This document shows positions 33,746 to 44,604 of a stretch of 64,000 nucleotides of DNA, one piece after another. How positions within the stretch are numbered: the stretch's first letter is position 1; each line of letters begins with the position of its first letter. Position numbers and translations under genes: made by a program. The notes beneath the pieces were generated by a model. That model was not told the origin of the DNA, ran no database searches, and was given only the letters and a program-made list of their open reading frames with translations. Origin of the DNA: Lophium mytilinum (lineage: Eukaryota); contig MU004186.1 of assembly GCA_010093605.1 (NCBI GenBank), positions 2,150,616 through 2,214,615 of the forward strand. The letters are read 5' to 3'.

Positions 33746-35376
33746 TCACTTGCAATAATTTGCCGGAAAACTACCCTTCTGGCCATTGAGCTCGCCCTCC
33801 CACCAATCCTGTGAGCTCTGTGTTTTCTTTGTGACCTTTATTCGATCGCCTTCGCGGAAAGCCAGGTCACCCTGAGTTGAAGCAACGAAATCATACATCG
33901 CCGTCACGTATTCGCCCTGGTACGATCCAATTTTCTTCGGAGGTGGTGGAGGGGGAGGCTTCTTCTTTCCTACCGCCGGATTTGGGAATCCAGGACTGGC
34001 AGCACTAGCGGAGGGTATCCTCGGTTTCGCGAAATAATCGTTTTGACCATTAGTTGCAGAAGGGGACGAAGTACGACGTCCCCATTGCTCCTGGCTGGAA
34101 GCTGGGCTAAGATTGAAAGAATAGCTGCTCCCGATCTTTGGCTTGGAAGCATTAAGAGATTGCATAGACGGCTTGTTGGACAGATTTAGAGATGGTGGTG
34201 GCTCGTTGACTTCATGATGATCATAACTCGGCCTCGGCGACGTGGCATGGTGTACAGTTCCCATCGTTGGGACTGAGGAATTACTGCTCCCTTTACGCCC
34301 CGGAATGACCTTATTTCTGAGGCCCATGCCGGTCAGAGTGCTGCCTTGGTCAGGATTCGCAGCGCTCGTGTTGCGTCCTGGAACCACCTTGTTCCTCAGA
34401 CCAAGGCCAGTAAGTGTACTTCCCTGATCAGGCATCCTCATAGGGAGATGGACTGCTTTCCCACGTGCCAGCAGCTCAATGCCACTTTCTGCTTCCTTGC
34501 GGAGAGGTGTAAATTCGGCATCCCAAACCGGTATGACCTCTTCTAGTTCCGGAGGTGGGTTCGGGAAACCCTGCTCCTGGGAGTATTGGTGGAGGACAGT
34601 ATACAGGTTTCCAAGCAGATTGTTTTGGAGCAAGATTTGATTGGCGAGTAGATGAGGGAGGAGGGAGAAAGTGGCTGCGTTTATGCCAGGGAGCTTCTCT
34701 CGAAGGCTCTCGTCTGCGCACTCGTATTCGTAGGATGCTTTCGCAAGGTCGGCCTCATGTTTCCCGAGGGCGGATTCCTCGCGGGGAGATCGTGTAGCTT
34801 TCTTTTGCAGTGCATCTACTCGACCTTGGAACCTCTCGTAGTCCAACTATAGCTCGTTAGGTACTGTCTGAGCGATTGCAAGAGCTTCGAAATACCTTTC
34901 GGTCCTCCCTGTTTTTGATAGTCTTCTTCAAAGGCTTTAGTGACTCTCTAGCTGTCTTTGCGGGCCCGATGAGTCTAGTGTCAATTGCTTGGACCTCCGT
35001 GTACATGTCCGTCTTGAGTTCCAGGTATACCTCCTTCAGCTTGGCCGCTCGTTCTAACGTCGCTCTTGGGGCGTCCACCGGTATATAACCGCTTTCATAT
35101 TCTTCCTTAGTGCCTAATGGGAGGTAGAGGATATGAACTTCCTCAATCATGCCTAGCTGGTGAGTGAGGATGTTCGACCATGCGTCGCGCCACATTTTGG
35201 CCGCCTCTGCGATCTGATCCAGAATCAGACATATTCAATGCATAGGCTGGTCTCGTACGGACCTTGACAAGCATCTGGTCTGCCTCTTCAAACTCGCGGA
35301 GCATGGTAGCGACATCACCGGTCTCCGGTTTCCGGCCCGGCATGATTTTGGTAAACTTTCTCTGGACTCGCTGCAT
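33746..35376 (-). CDS. BAR-domain plus C-terminal SH3 protein (amphiphysin/endophilin-like); 3 exons
   Basis: Helical BAR-like N-terminal half (KKTIKNREDRK|LDYERF), poly-Pro tract, SH3 (VTAMYDF...GDLAFREGDRI...WWEGELNGQKGSFPANY). Confidence 0.88.
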
Positions 35377-35797
35377 GATGGCGGTAGGAGCTAATGATAC
35401 TCCTTACACGATAGAAGGGTGAGAGGAATAGGGTAGTGGAGGAGGGGGGCAGAAGTAGTGGTCTGAGGTGCTGAGTTCGTGAAAGTGGCTCAGCTTGCTG
35501 CGCGGTAGTACGGCACCCAGCAGCGACAACCCCCGCGATTTGGGCGGAAACGGTGGGAGAGATAGTTTATTATGGAGACGGACGCAGCGGCTGACATGCT
35601 GTTGATAATCTGCATCATTTGCATCGCTGGGGGCTGAAAACCTGATCACGTGCCAGCGTGTGAAATCCAGCCCGCTTCACTTCACGTCGTCCGTTCCCAA
35701 CGCGTCCTTCCACTCCAACATCCTCACCCCGCACCAGTGCAGCTGCGCCTATGCCTGAGCCCACACATAAAACCACGACTGAAGAGCCGCCGACGTG

Positions 35798-38119
35798 ATG
35801 ACGGTCGTTGTACGAAGCACTCCGAGCCTCACTATCCCCGCGACCCAAAACACCGCGCCCGTTCTCGAATTCCGCTGCCTATACACCCACGATCTCCGAC
35901 GGAAGTCTAAGAGATGGCAGGATGGCTTCCTACGCTTTCACACGTTCAACAAGCGGGTCATGGTCTATGACATGCCGCGAAACTTCATCGGAGACATGCA
36001 TTGGAAAGAGGGGGCCGATATACAAGAAGGCGATGAGTTGACGCTAGACAAGGGCGTTATGATAGAAGTCGCAGAGGCTATTGGGATAATGGAAACTGAC
36101 CTCACGCCTCTGTTTGAGAAGAGAGGCAAGGAGTCGCCCAAATCTGGCGCCAGGCCTACGGTCCCGATATCCACCAGTCGTACCAACATGTCGCAAGGCC
36201 CCTCCCAGCTCCGCCAGAAATCTCTCAACGCCTTACTGGGTACTCCTAGGGGACCGTATGGAAAGGCCGTGATACCTAACAAGTCTCCGTTTGAGGCCAG
36301 ACGAGACATTGAAAACAGACGGGATATCGAGAACAGGGCCGACATGGGAAGGTCACCGAAGAGGCAACGAATAGTGGAGCCACAGCCAGGGCAAAACGCT
36401 CCCACGCCCGTGCAAAGGCCTCAAGCTACTCTCAGTAAAGATTCGCCCTTATGGGCAAGGACAGCAGACGCAAGGAAAGCCCAAATTCCCAAGGCTGTAC
36501 CGGTAGTATCAAGTGTCGCATCCCTTGTACCGAATAATCACGTTGTCCAGGAGATCATTGATCTGGACTCCGATCTAGACAACATCTTCTCGGATGTGAC
36601 GCTCCCCAGTACGCCAACTGGGGTTTTCAAGCCTCAACGTCCGATACCGATCTCGAAGCCTCGAGAAAGCCCTGCTCCTCTATCAGTCCGAGCAAGACAT
36701 CGCTCTATGGCGACTCCGACGCGTGTATATCCTTCGTCTCCGCCTGTTAGCGTGTCCAACAGAGTCAACAACGTGGCTGAAGCTTCTCGAACAATTACCG
36801 TTGCAAATGCGGCTGAGAGAGAACCCCCTCTATCTCCTCCTCGCAATCCCCGAGCAAAAGCATTGCGGTTGTCTAAAGGGAGAGGAAGATCGACTTTGAT
36901 GTGCCAAACTAACACCACACGGCAAACAAAATCGACAAGCAACCCGAAACCTGCCCCTGTCCAGGATGTTGATGATGATTTGTTCTCGAGTTTAGACTGG
37001 GAATCTTTAGACGCTGAGGCTGCCGCTGTGAAGGAAGTGGAGACACTAGTCAAAGAAAGAGATTATCACCCTGCCATCGAGGGGTACAGCATTACACCAG
37101 CGAAGACAGACTCGGATCAGCGGTCTGCTAGAAGGAACGTTACGCCCGTATCCGCTCCCGCAGCTGAACGCCCCATATCCGTTGCGAACTCTGCGTCCAA
37201 ACCAATACCTCGCCTACACGTCGCTGATTCTGCGACTATATCTGTTCCTAAGACGGCACGCGAACGACCTGTGGTCAACTCTACAACAATGCTCCCTTCG
37301 AAGACTACGTCTCATCCGCCTATCGACGACTCTGTTCCCAAATCCCCACCCAAGAAGACGCCCCGTCCAGCGGTCATAGAACCACCCGCCTCCTCCCCCG
37401 ACTTCTTCGAGGAAATGGACATCGTCCACGGCCGCATGGACGAGCGCCTCCGCGTTTCCAGACCACCCCCTCCCGCCAAACCCACCAAAGCCGCCGCCCG
37501 TAAACGTGCAACTCCCAAAACACCAAAAGAACCACGACAGCCCAAACCCAAGACTCCCCGTGCCAAAGCCGCCCCAAAGGCGAAGCAGTCGGAGCCCACC
37601 TCAGCTCCCGTGCCTGTTTCCAAACCAGCAAAAAGAGCGGCATCAGCGAAGACTTCCAAAGTGTCAGAACGTGCACGTCTCGACGTCGCGCCCATCGAAG
37701 ACCCACCGCCCCCGCCAGCCATCGCTGTGCCAGTTGTGACCTCGCCCACAGCCCGCCCCTTCCGCCGCGTCGTCTCTGAGAACGACGCACCTATCCCATC
37801 TACAGCCGGTATCTGGGAAGAACGGAATGCCACCACCAGCAACCCCCCCTTGAAATCACCACCGATCATCTCGGCACCCGCGAATCCGAAACGCAAACTC
37901 CAGCGCTCGAAAAGTCTTGCTATGGGTGCTGTAGTGAAGAAACCGAGCATCTCGGATGTGGAGAAGGAGAGAGAGCCTTTCCTTCCGCCACCTCCGCCTG
38001 TCGATAAAGACGTGGGCGCTTGGAGCACGGAGGCGTGTGATCTCTTTGATTGGAGGCCGCCGGGTTGGAGGGATGAGGAGGGCAATGAGGTTGGGCGGAG
38101 TGGGATGTTGGTTGGCTGA
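35798..38119 (+). CDS. DUF2439 (ZGRF1 N-terminal-like) domain protein, Mte1/Dbl2-like
   Basis: N-terminal EFRCLYTHDLRRKSKRWQDGFLRFHTFNKRVMVYD, long disordered body, C-terminal GAWSTEACDLFDWRPP motif. Confidence 0.8.
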   Translation: MTVVVRSTPSLTIPATQNTAPVLEFRCLYTHDLRRKSKRWQDGFLRFHTFNKRVMVYDMPRNFIGDMHWKEGADIQEGDELTLDKGVMIEVAEAIGIMETDLTPLFEKRGKESPKSGARPTVPISTSRTNMSQGPSQLRQKSLNALLGTPRGPYGKAVIPNKSPFEARRDIENRRDIENRADMGRSPKRQRIVEPQPGQNAPTPVQRPQATLSKDSPLWARTADARKAQIPKAVPVVSSVASLVPNNHVVQEIIDLDSDLDNIFSDVTLPSTPTGVFKPQRPIPISKPRESPAPLSVRARHRSMATPTRVYPSSPPVSVSNRVNNVAEASRTITVANAAEREPPLSPPRNPRAKALRLSKGRGRSTLMCQTNTTRQTKSTSNPKPAPVQDVDDDLFSSLDWESLDAEAAAVKEVETLVKERDYHPAIEGYSITPAKTDSDQRSARRNVTPVSAPAAERPISVANSASKPIPRLHVADSATISVPKTARERPVVNSTTMLPSKTTSHPPIDDSVPKSPPKKTPRPAVIEPPASSPDFFEEMDIVHGRMDERLRVSRPPPPAKPTKAAARKRATPKTPKEPRQPKPKTPRAKAAPKAKQSEPTSAPVPVSKPAKRAASAKTSKVSERARLDVAPIEDPPPPPAIAVPVVTSPTARPFRRVVSENDAPIPSTAGIWEERNATTSNPPLKSPPIISAPANPKRKLQRSKSLAMGAVVKKPSISDVEKEREPFLPPPPPVDKDVGAWSTEACDLFDWRPPGWRDEEGNEVGRSGMLVG

Positions 38120-38157
38120 TGTGACATGTATTATGTGAATATGAAAGGGGCGGTGCC

Positions 38158-38184
38158 GGATGGGATGGGATGGGATGGGATGGA
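38158..38184. repeat. (GGGAT)n microsatellite
   Basis: ggatgggatgggatgggatgggatgga. Confidence 0.8.
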
Positions 38185-38614
38185 ACGAGATATATCGTAT
38201 TCAGTCACATCTCTACATGAGTACGATTAGATGTCGAATGGGAACGCGGGGGGCATGGGAAACCGGCATCGATGAGCCGTGTTGTAACTCTCCCGGCCGT
38301 AGCTATATCAGCTGCAATACGCATTTCAGTATCAATGCCAGCTCGCAAGAAGAGATCTTCAAAGTCAATAAACACACGCTCGCGAATGCTTAGATGTGAA
38401 GGCATTCCGCCTAAAATTTGACATCATTCACCGAGATGGCCGTGTCCTCAACGCCCCGAAACCCCTTGAATACCTACCGAGCCTAGTGGGTATATGTAGC
38501 CTTATGAACAGTTCGCCAGTCCCTCTAAATCAGTTCTGATAACGCAAAAAACAACACCTGAACTGAACCGAGTTGAAAACTCAAGCACGCAACAACAACT
38601 CCCTCTTCGCTCGC

Positions 38615-40224
38615 CTACGCATACCACCCCCTCACGGTAACGGTGTTTCCTTCATCGTCGGTGCGGTGCGGGATCAGCGGTTCTTTGATGTCATACGCCT
38701 TGATGTAGGCCTCCCACATGGGGTAGTCGAGGGCGAGGACAGCCTGATGTCTTGAAATTTTCTGCTCGCGCTGCTCGACGATTTTGCGGGGTTCAGAATA
38801 CGCTAGCGAGATATTAGCTTTGATGGATATCTCGAGATAGGAGCGGGTAACTTACACAGTATAGGCAGCCCATGCCTGTCCTTGCCCATCTTCGCGTTCC
38901 CCTCTTTGATCAAGAAACTGACGTAGAACAGGTTCTCGACCGTCTGCCCGAAGGAGTGTGGGTTGATTATCAGATCGAATAGGTCGACGGCTGCTTCGCC
39001 GTCTGTGGCGACGCGGATGCGTTGGGCGGTCATGGCTTTGTAGTAATCTTCCTCGCTAGCGTCTTCGCCCACCGCGGCTTCGACTGCGTCCATGCCTTTC
39101 CTGCAGTGTTCTTTTAGCTGCACTCGGATCTGGGAGACCATGTGTGTTAGGGTGGTGTTATTGGCGGCTTCGATGTCTTCGCGCTCGATAGACTTAGGGC
39201 GTGTCACGGGTCCGCGGGCTTGTGTCTGTAAGCGGCCTCGTCGGCCTTGGGTTACGCGCACGCGCTTTTGGACGGAGAGGGGGCCGAGAAGGAAGTTGGG
39301 ACATGGTGGTCGCTTGTTTGAGGGGAAGCAGGCACGTCGGCCTAGGATGGCCCAGTCGAAGCCGTCTCCGTCGTTCTCGTCTTGTTCTTCGTCGCTGTCT
39401 GGTTCGACTCGTTGGCGGCGACGGGCTTGAGTGGATGTGCGCGCCCGATTGTCGTTGTCGGAGTCGTCGTTTAGGTTCCCGCCGTTTCGCATGAACCTGA
39501 TGCATTTCGAGACGAACTCGTCTACGTCGATCTGACCCGCAGTGTCTCCGAGTACGCCGTTCGTGGTCTTCTTTAGTGCTAACTCGCTGGCGTGTACCAG
39601 GAACTTGGAGTCAACAACGGCGTCGGACGTCTGCTTGACCTTCTTCATATGCGTATTTTGTTGTTTAATGAGGTTCTTCAAATCGTTGTTCTGCGGGTGC
39701 ACCAACTCGTCCTTGCGATCTGTGTAACATTAGACAGAGAATTTGCAAAAGATAGATGTGCCACGCTCACCAGTCATATCCCGGAAGTTCTCACGCATAC
39801 GCATGCGCACCTCCCGGCGCTCTTTTGGGTCCTGGTCCGGGTCATAGAATTGCTTCTGTACGTACTCCTCGACTGGAGTATCTGGATTCGGGGGAAGCTT
39901 GCTCGCTGGGGGGATGTTGAAGTCCCCGAGTCTTCGCCGCTTGTTCCCATGCTGGGTATTAGGGGTGGGGAGGGTCGGGGGACCCATCGGCTCTTTGCCC
40001 TTGCGCGCTGGGCGAGGAGTCTCGTCGCGGTCGTCTGGCTGGTTTTCCTTATCGGATGAGGCGCCAGGAGTTGGCGAATGCACTGAGTAGGTGGTTTCGC
40101 GCGTGGAGGCGCGTTGGGGCCGTCGTCGCGTACCGAGTTGGGAGACAGGTGTTGGGTCGCGGTATAGAGAGGACTCGCGACTTGGAGTGGGTGTCTCTTC
40201 TGCGTCGAGGTTGAGGCGCGCCAT
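38615..40224 (-). CDS. NSE4: Non-SMC element 4 (kleisin) of the Smc5/6 complex; 3 exons
   Basis: YDPDQDPKERR, VKQTSDAVVDSKFLV, INPHSFGQTVENLFYVSFLIKEG. Last exon ends KEPLIPHR...GWYA*. Confidence 0.92.
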
Positions 40225-40696
40225 GATTGTGTAGGTAGCTATATCATGGAGCGGTGGATATGGTGGGTCTCGGAAAGAGCTGCAGCCTTACGCGACGGTG
40301 GGACAAGGCTGAGTTTATGGCGGCGGCGCAGCTCGGGCGCAGGATGCAATAACTGACGCCGCTGGATCGCGGGCTTCGCAGAGGGCGAGCGATAGTTCTG
40401 GGTGTGTGTGGAAAGGATGGATCAAGGGGCGGCCGACGTCGAGAGTGAGACGCGCTGGTGTTGGGGGCTTCGAGTGGCACCGACCACCGCGTGCCCGCTA
40501 GTGAGCCAAAGTGTCCGACTCGGATCGACTATCAGCCCTACCAACCGCCAGCATCCATAAGAGACACTGACCACCATGAGACCCCCGCCATGACACTCCC
40601 CTCCACTCTCAATATTCAACTCAGAGCTTCTACCCATGACACTCGCCTCCCTTTTGATACTCAACTCAGAGCCTCTCCCTCCTCCGGGCAACAGCC

Positions 40697-43508
40697 ATGG
40701 AGACCTTTTCTTTTGCGACATCCTCCTCTATCAAGCTCAAGGTAAACGTAAAGATGTAGGTACAATGTCTTGGAGCTCTCTTTCAGCGCCTAACAAGCTC
40801 CCAGACACCAACTAGATGGCAACCAGAAGCCCCTTCCCTACTCGGTTCTTCTCAAGAGACCAGACCTGAGACACCGTGCCTCTATCGCAAAGTGAGATCT
40901 ACCAAGCTCCGGGTGAAATGTGAAAGAAGCTCACAGAAACAGTCCCAACTCCGAGCTGTATGCTACTGCGCAAATATGGGCCGACAGCAAGCCCCTCACC
41001 CTGCCTATGCAAACAACCTACAAGACCTTCAAGAGCGGCCGAATATGGAACGAGTGGCTAGAACTACCCATCGGCTACGACGACCTGCCCCTCGCCTCAC
41101 AAATAGCTATAACAATATGGGACCTCTCTCCGACTGGTGGCGAAGGCGCAAAAGGGCATGCCATCCCATTCGGAGGAACTACCATACCACTATTCGACGA
41201 GGACCACACCCTGCTGAAGGGTCGGCAGAGATGTCGGTTACATCGTCACAAGGCAGCAGACGGCTTGTCTTCAACCACAACACCCTGGATAAAGAGGCCA
41301 TCTAGGAGGGGTCGGAAGGATGTCAAAACCTCGGTCGACGTGGTGGACGAAAAAGTCGCCGAGATGGAGAGACTGGAGGCGCTGTTGAAGAAGCAGGAGA
41401 TGAACGAGCTTCCCACGAATCATTGGCTAGACCAGATGGTGTATCGGAAGATGACGAAGCTCAGGAAAGACGTCCTGAAGATACCTCCAACAACACAGAA
41501 ATTCAAAGAAAGCTTAGATCAGCCCGGTGAACCTGTTGACGACAATCAAGACGAAGAGCGGTTCTATCTGCACATCGAACTTCCTCGTTTCGACCATCCT
41601 ATCGTCTTCGCCGATGAGGAGTACCCACCGCCTCCAGTATCGAATCTTCAGTCATCCATCATGTCTGAAGTTCGACTGAAACCCCCGCCCGAAGTGTCCT
41701 TTGGCCCTGGCATCAATGTGGACGGTAACGGCTACGGCGATGCCCACGCAGGAAGACTAGTCCGAATATATGACCCTGAAATAGGTCTCAAGGAGAATCC
41801 TGTAGAGGTGAAACACCGACGACTGGTCCGTGGACGAAATGCCGGCCTCGCAGACCGTGACATGAAGCCGAATGCGAGGATTAGGGATGAACTGAACGCT
41901 ATCATGAACTATGGGCCAACGCACTCTTTGACTCTCTCCGAGAGAGATCACCTCTGGACGTTCCGGTACTATCTGTGTCGGGATAAGCGCGCCTTGACAA
42001 AGTTCGTCAAGTCGGTGTCTTGGCATGAGCAACGAGAAGCCCAGAACGCAGCTCCTATGTTGGCGAAATGGGCAGAGATTGATGTTGACGATGCCCTAGA
42101 ACTCCTAGGACCTTCTTTCACCAGCCCCATTGTCCGAGCCTATGCCGTGGACCGATTGCGGAAAGCTGACAACGATGAGCTTCTCGTATACCTCCTGCAG
42201 CTTGTTCAGGCTCTCAAGTACGAGACGGTAGCTCCTGAGATGGCCGATAGTGATCCAGCACAGAGCTCCTCCCTAGCTCGTTTCCTGATATCTAGAGCGA
42301 AGGATAGCCTAGTCTTAGGCAACTTCCTCCATTGGTATCTCATGGTGGAATGTGATGACAACAGTCCAGAGCAAGGCCCAGAGTTCCGGAAGCTATTCGC
42401 CAAAGTCGAGTTTGACTTCCTAGTCGAGCTAGAGAAGACAGAAGAAGGAGCTGCACGACGAAAGACCTTCCGTCGTCAAGCTGAGCTCATCACTGTACTG
42501 TCCAAGATTTCGAAAGACGCCCGCTTTTCTCGGGAAGACCGGACTCGAAAGATCGAGCGGCTAAAGAGGTATCTCGCTGATCCAAAGAACGAGCTACTCA
42601 ATATCGACCCTCCTCTGCCTCTTCCCTTAGATCCATCTATTCTCATCACCGGCATAGACCCTAACGACTGCAACGTCCTCAAATCGAGTCTCTTTCCTCT
42701 GCAACTAAACTTCCGCACCACCACCAACACCAAATACCCCATTATCTTCAAAACCGGCGACGACCTCCGCCAAGACCAGCTCGTCGTGCAAATCATAACT
42801 CTCATGGACCGCCTCCTCCGCAAAGAAAACCTCGACCTCAAACTCTCTCCCTACCGCATCCTCGCCACCTCGACCTCCGCCGGCGCAGTCCAATTCGTGC
42901 CCTCCCTCTCTCTCGCCGCCGCTATCGCCAAACACCGTGGCATCCTCCCCTACCTCCGCGCCAACAACCCCGACGACACCGCCCCCCTCGGTGTCCGCAA
43001 AGAGGCCATGGACACCTACATCAAGTCCTGCGCCGGCTACTGCGTCATCACCTACCTCCTCGGCGTCGGCGACCGCCACCTCGACAACCTGCTCCTCTCC
43101 CCCAGCGGCCACTTCTTCCACGTCGACTTCGGGTACATCCTCGGCCGCGACCCAAAACCTTTCGCCCCCTTGATGAAACTCTCCCACGAGATGATCGACG
43201 GGATGGGCGGGACGAGCCACCCGCACTACGCGCAGTTCAAATCCTACTGCTTCACCGCGTACTCGACGCTGCGGAAGCAGGCGAACTTGATCTTGAATCT
43301 GTTTGCGCTGATGCGGGAGGCGAATATCCCGGATATCAGGCTCGAGCCGGATAAGGCCGTGTGGAAGGTGCAGGAGCGGCTGGCGCTAGAGTTGAGCGAG
43401 GAGGAGGCGATGCGGTATTTTGAGCGCTTGATTGAGGAGAGTAGTAGTGCGATCATGCCCGTGGTTATTGATCGTCTTCATGGGCTTGTGCAGCATTTTA
43501 GGGCGTAG
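40697..43508 (+). CDS. VPS34: Class III phosphatidylinositol 3-kinase
   Basis: C2 domain (WNEWLELPI), helical domain (DVDDALELL, YAVDRL), kinase domain (FKTGDDLRQDQL, LGVGDRHLDN, HVDFG). ATG 40697 with short 5' exons. Confidence 0.96.
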
Positions 43509-44604
43509 AAAGGGCGCTTTTTGCTGGGGGGAAGGTTGAGATGGAATGGGGATTTGCGGAGGAACTGTGCGATGAACGTGGTGTATATATATGTTGTGAG
43601 GAAGGCTATGTAGCTGGACCATAGTTGAAGATAGTGTGGAGATATTTTGTTTCTTAGATTTTAACGTTGTGGGTGCTTTTCTAGACTCTGTGTGCGTTCA
43701 AACACGCGGAGGATTAGTGTTCGAAGAACGGCGAGAGAGTATTAGACGGTAAACATGTTCCTGTAGAGGATGCCAGACCTGGCCTGAGAGCAATAAACCC
43801 GAACGCGTCGCGATGCGCGCCCTCATACCGCAAAGACAGCAGAACACTCTTCTTCAACCACCCGCACAAGGCGAGTAGATCAATGAAAAGCCGTTGGGCA
43901 GATAGCGGACCAGCAAAAATTACGCCGGTGAAGCCCCCGAAGGAGATTCATGACAGCCGTCGCCGCGTAGTGCAATGCAGGACAGTCTACCAGGTGGACC
44001 GGATTCATGAGCTCGGCCACCCCAACAAGGTAAGTATGCGGAGGTGAAAGAGGCAGGAGCGGAGGGGCTCTATATACGTGGGCAAAATGAAGCCAAGGCG
44101 CTAGTGATTAGTGTATGGAATGTCGCGGAAACTGGTGGAATCGTGCTGCCTGGAGCGGCCTGCAGAGTGAGGAGCGAGGTGGCTTCCTCTCTGATACCCA
44201 AATAGCAAACGTATTGAACCAGATCAATCAGCACGAATTCACACACCTTTCCAGAGCAGATTTATTCCGTATTCCCCAGAAAGATACTTCACAGAAAAGG
44301 TCTTCACTATGGAACGTGCTTTTGTGTCTTGGCGTTTTGAAATGTGCCAGCCTTGGAAGCGGTTGACTCGAAATGCCAAACCGAGCCTTGAACGAGTATG
44401 TGGGGGATATGCGGAAAACCGCAAGTCATCCATATGAAAACGAAGGAGACGGGAAGAAAAATACATCCAGAATCGTATATTCCAAGATTACCCAATAAAT
44501 CCAGATCAACGCTCACCGCTCCTATGGACATCGCTACCACGCTTGCAAACCCCCAATTCCGGAGAACCATAACCCAACAAACAGACAGAGGTACCAAATC
44601 ATAC

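Noticed and set aside
37312..38127. 271-aa minus-strand ORF (and similar ones at 27857-28615, 42705-43226 and 1198-1836)
   Set aside because: Antisense shadows of well-supported genes, explained by codon bias.
35798..40224. Adjacent Mte1-like and NSE4 genes as a DNA-repair cluster
   Set aside because: Convergent orientation with no shared promoter; two-gene adjacency is compatible with chance.
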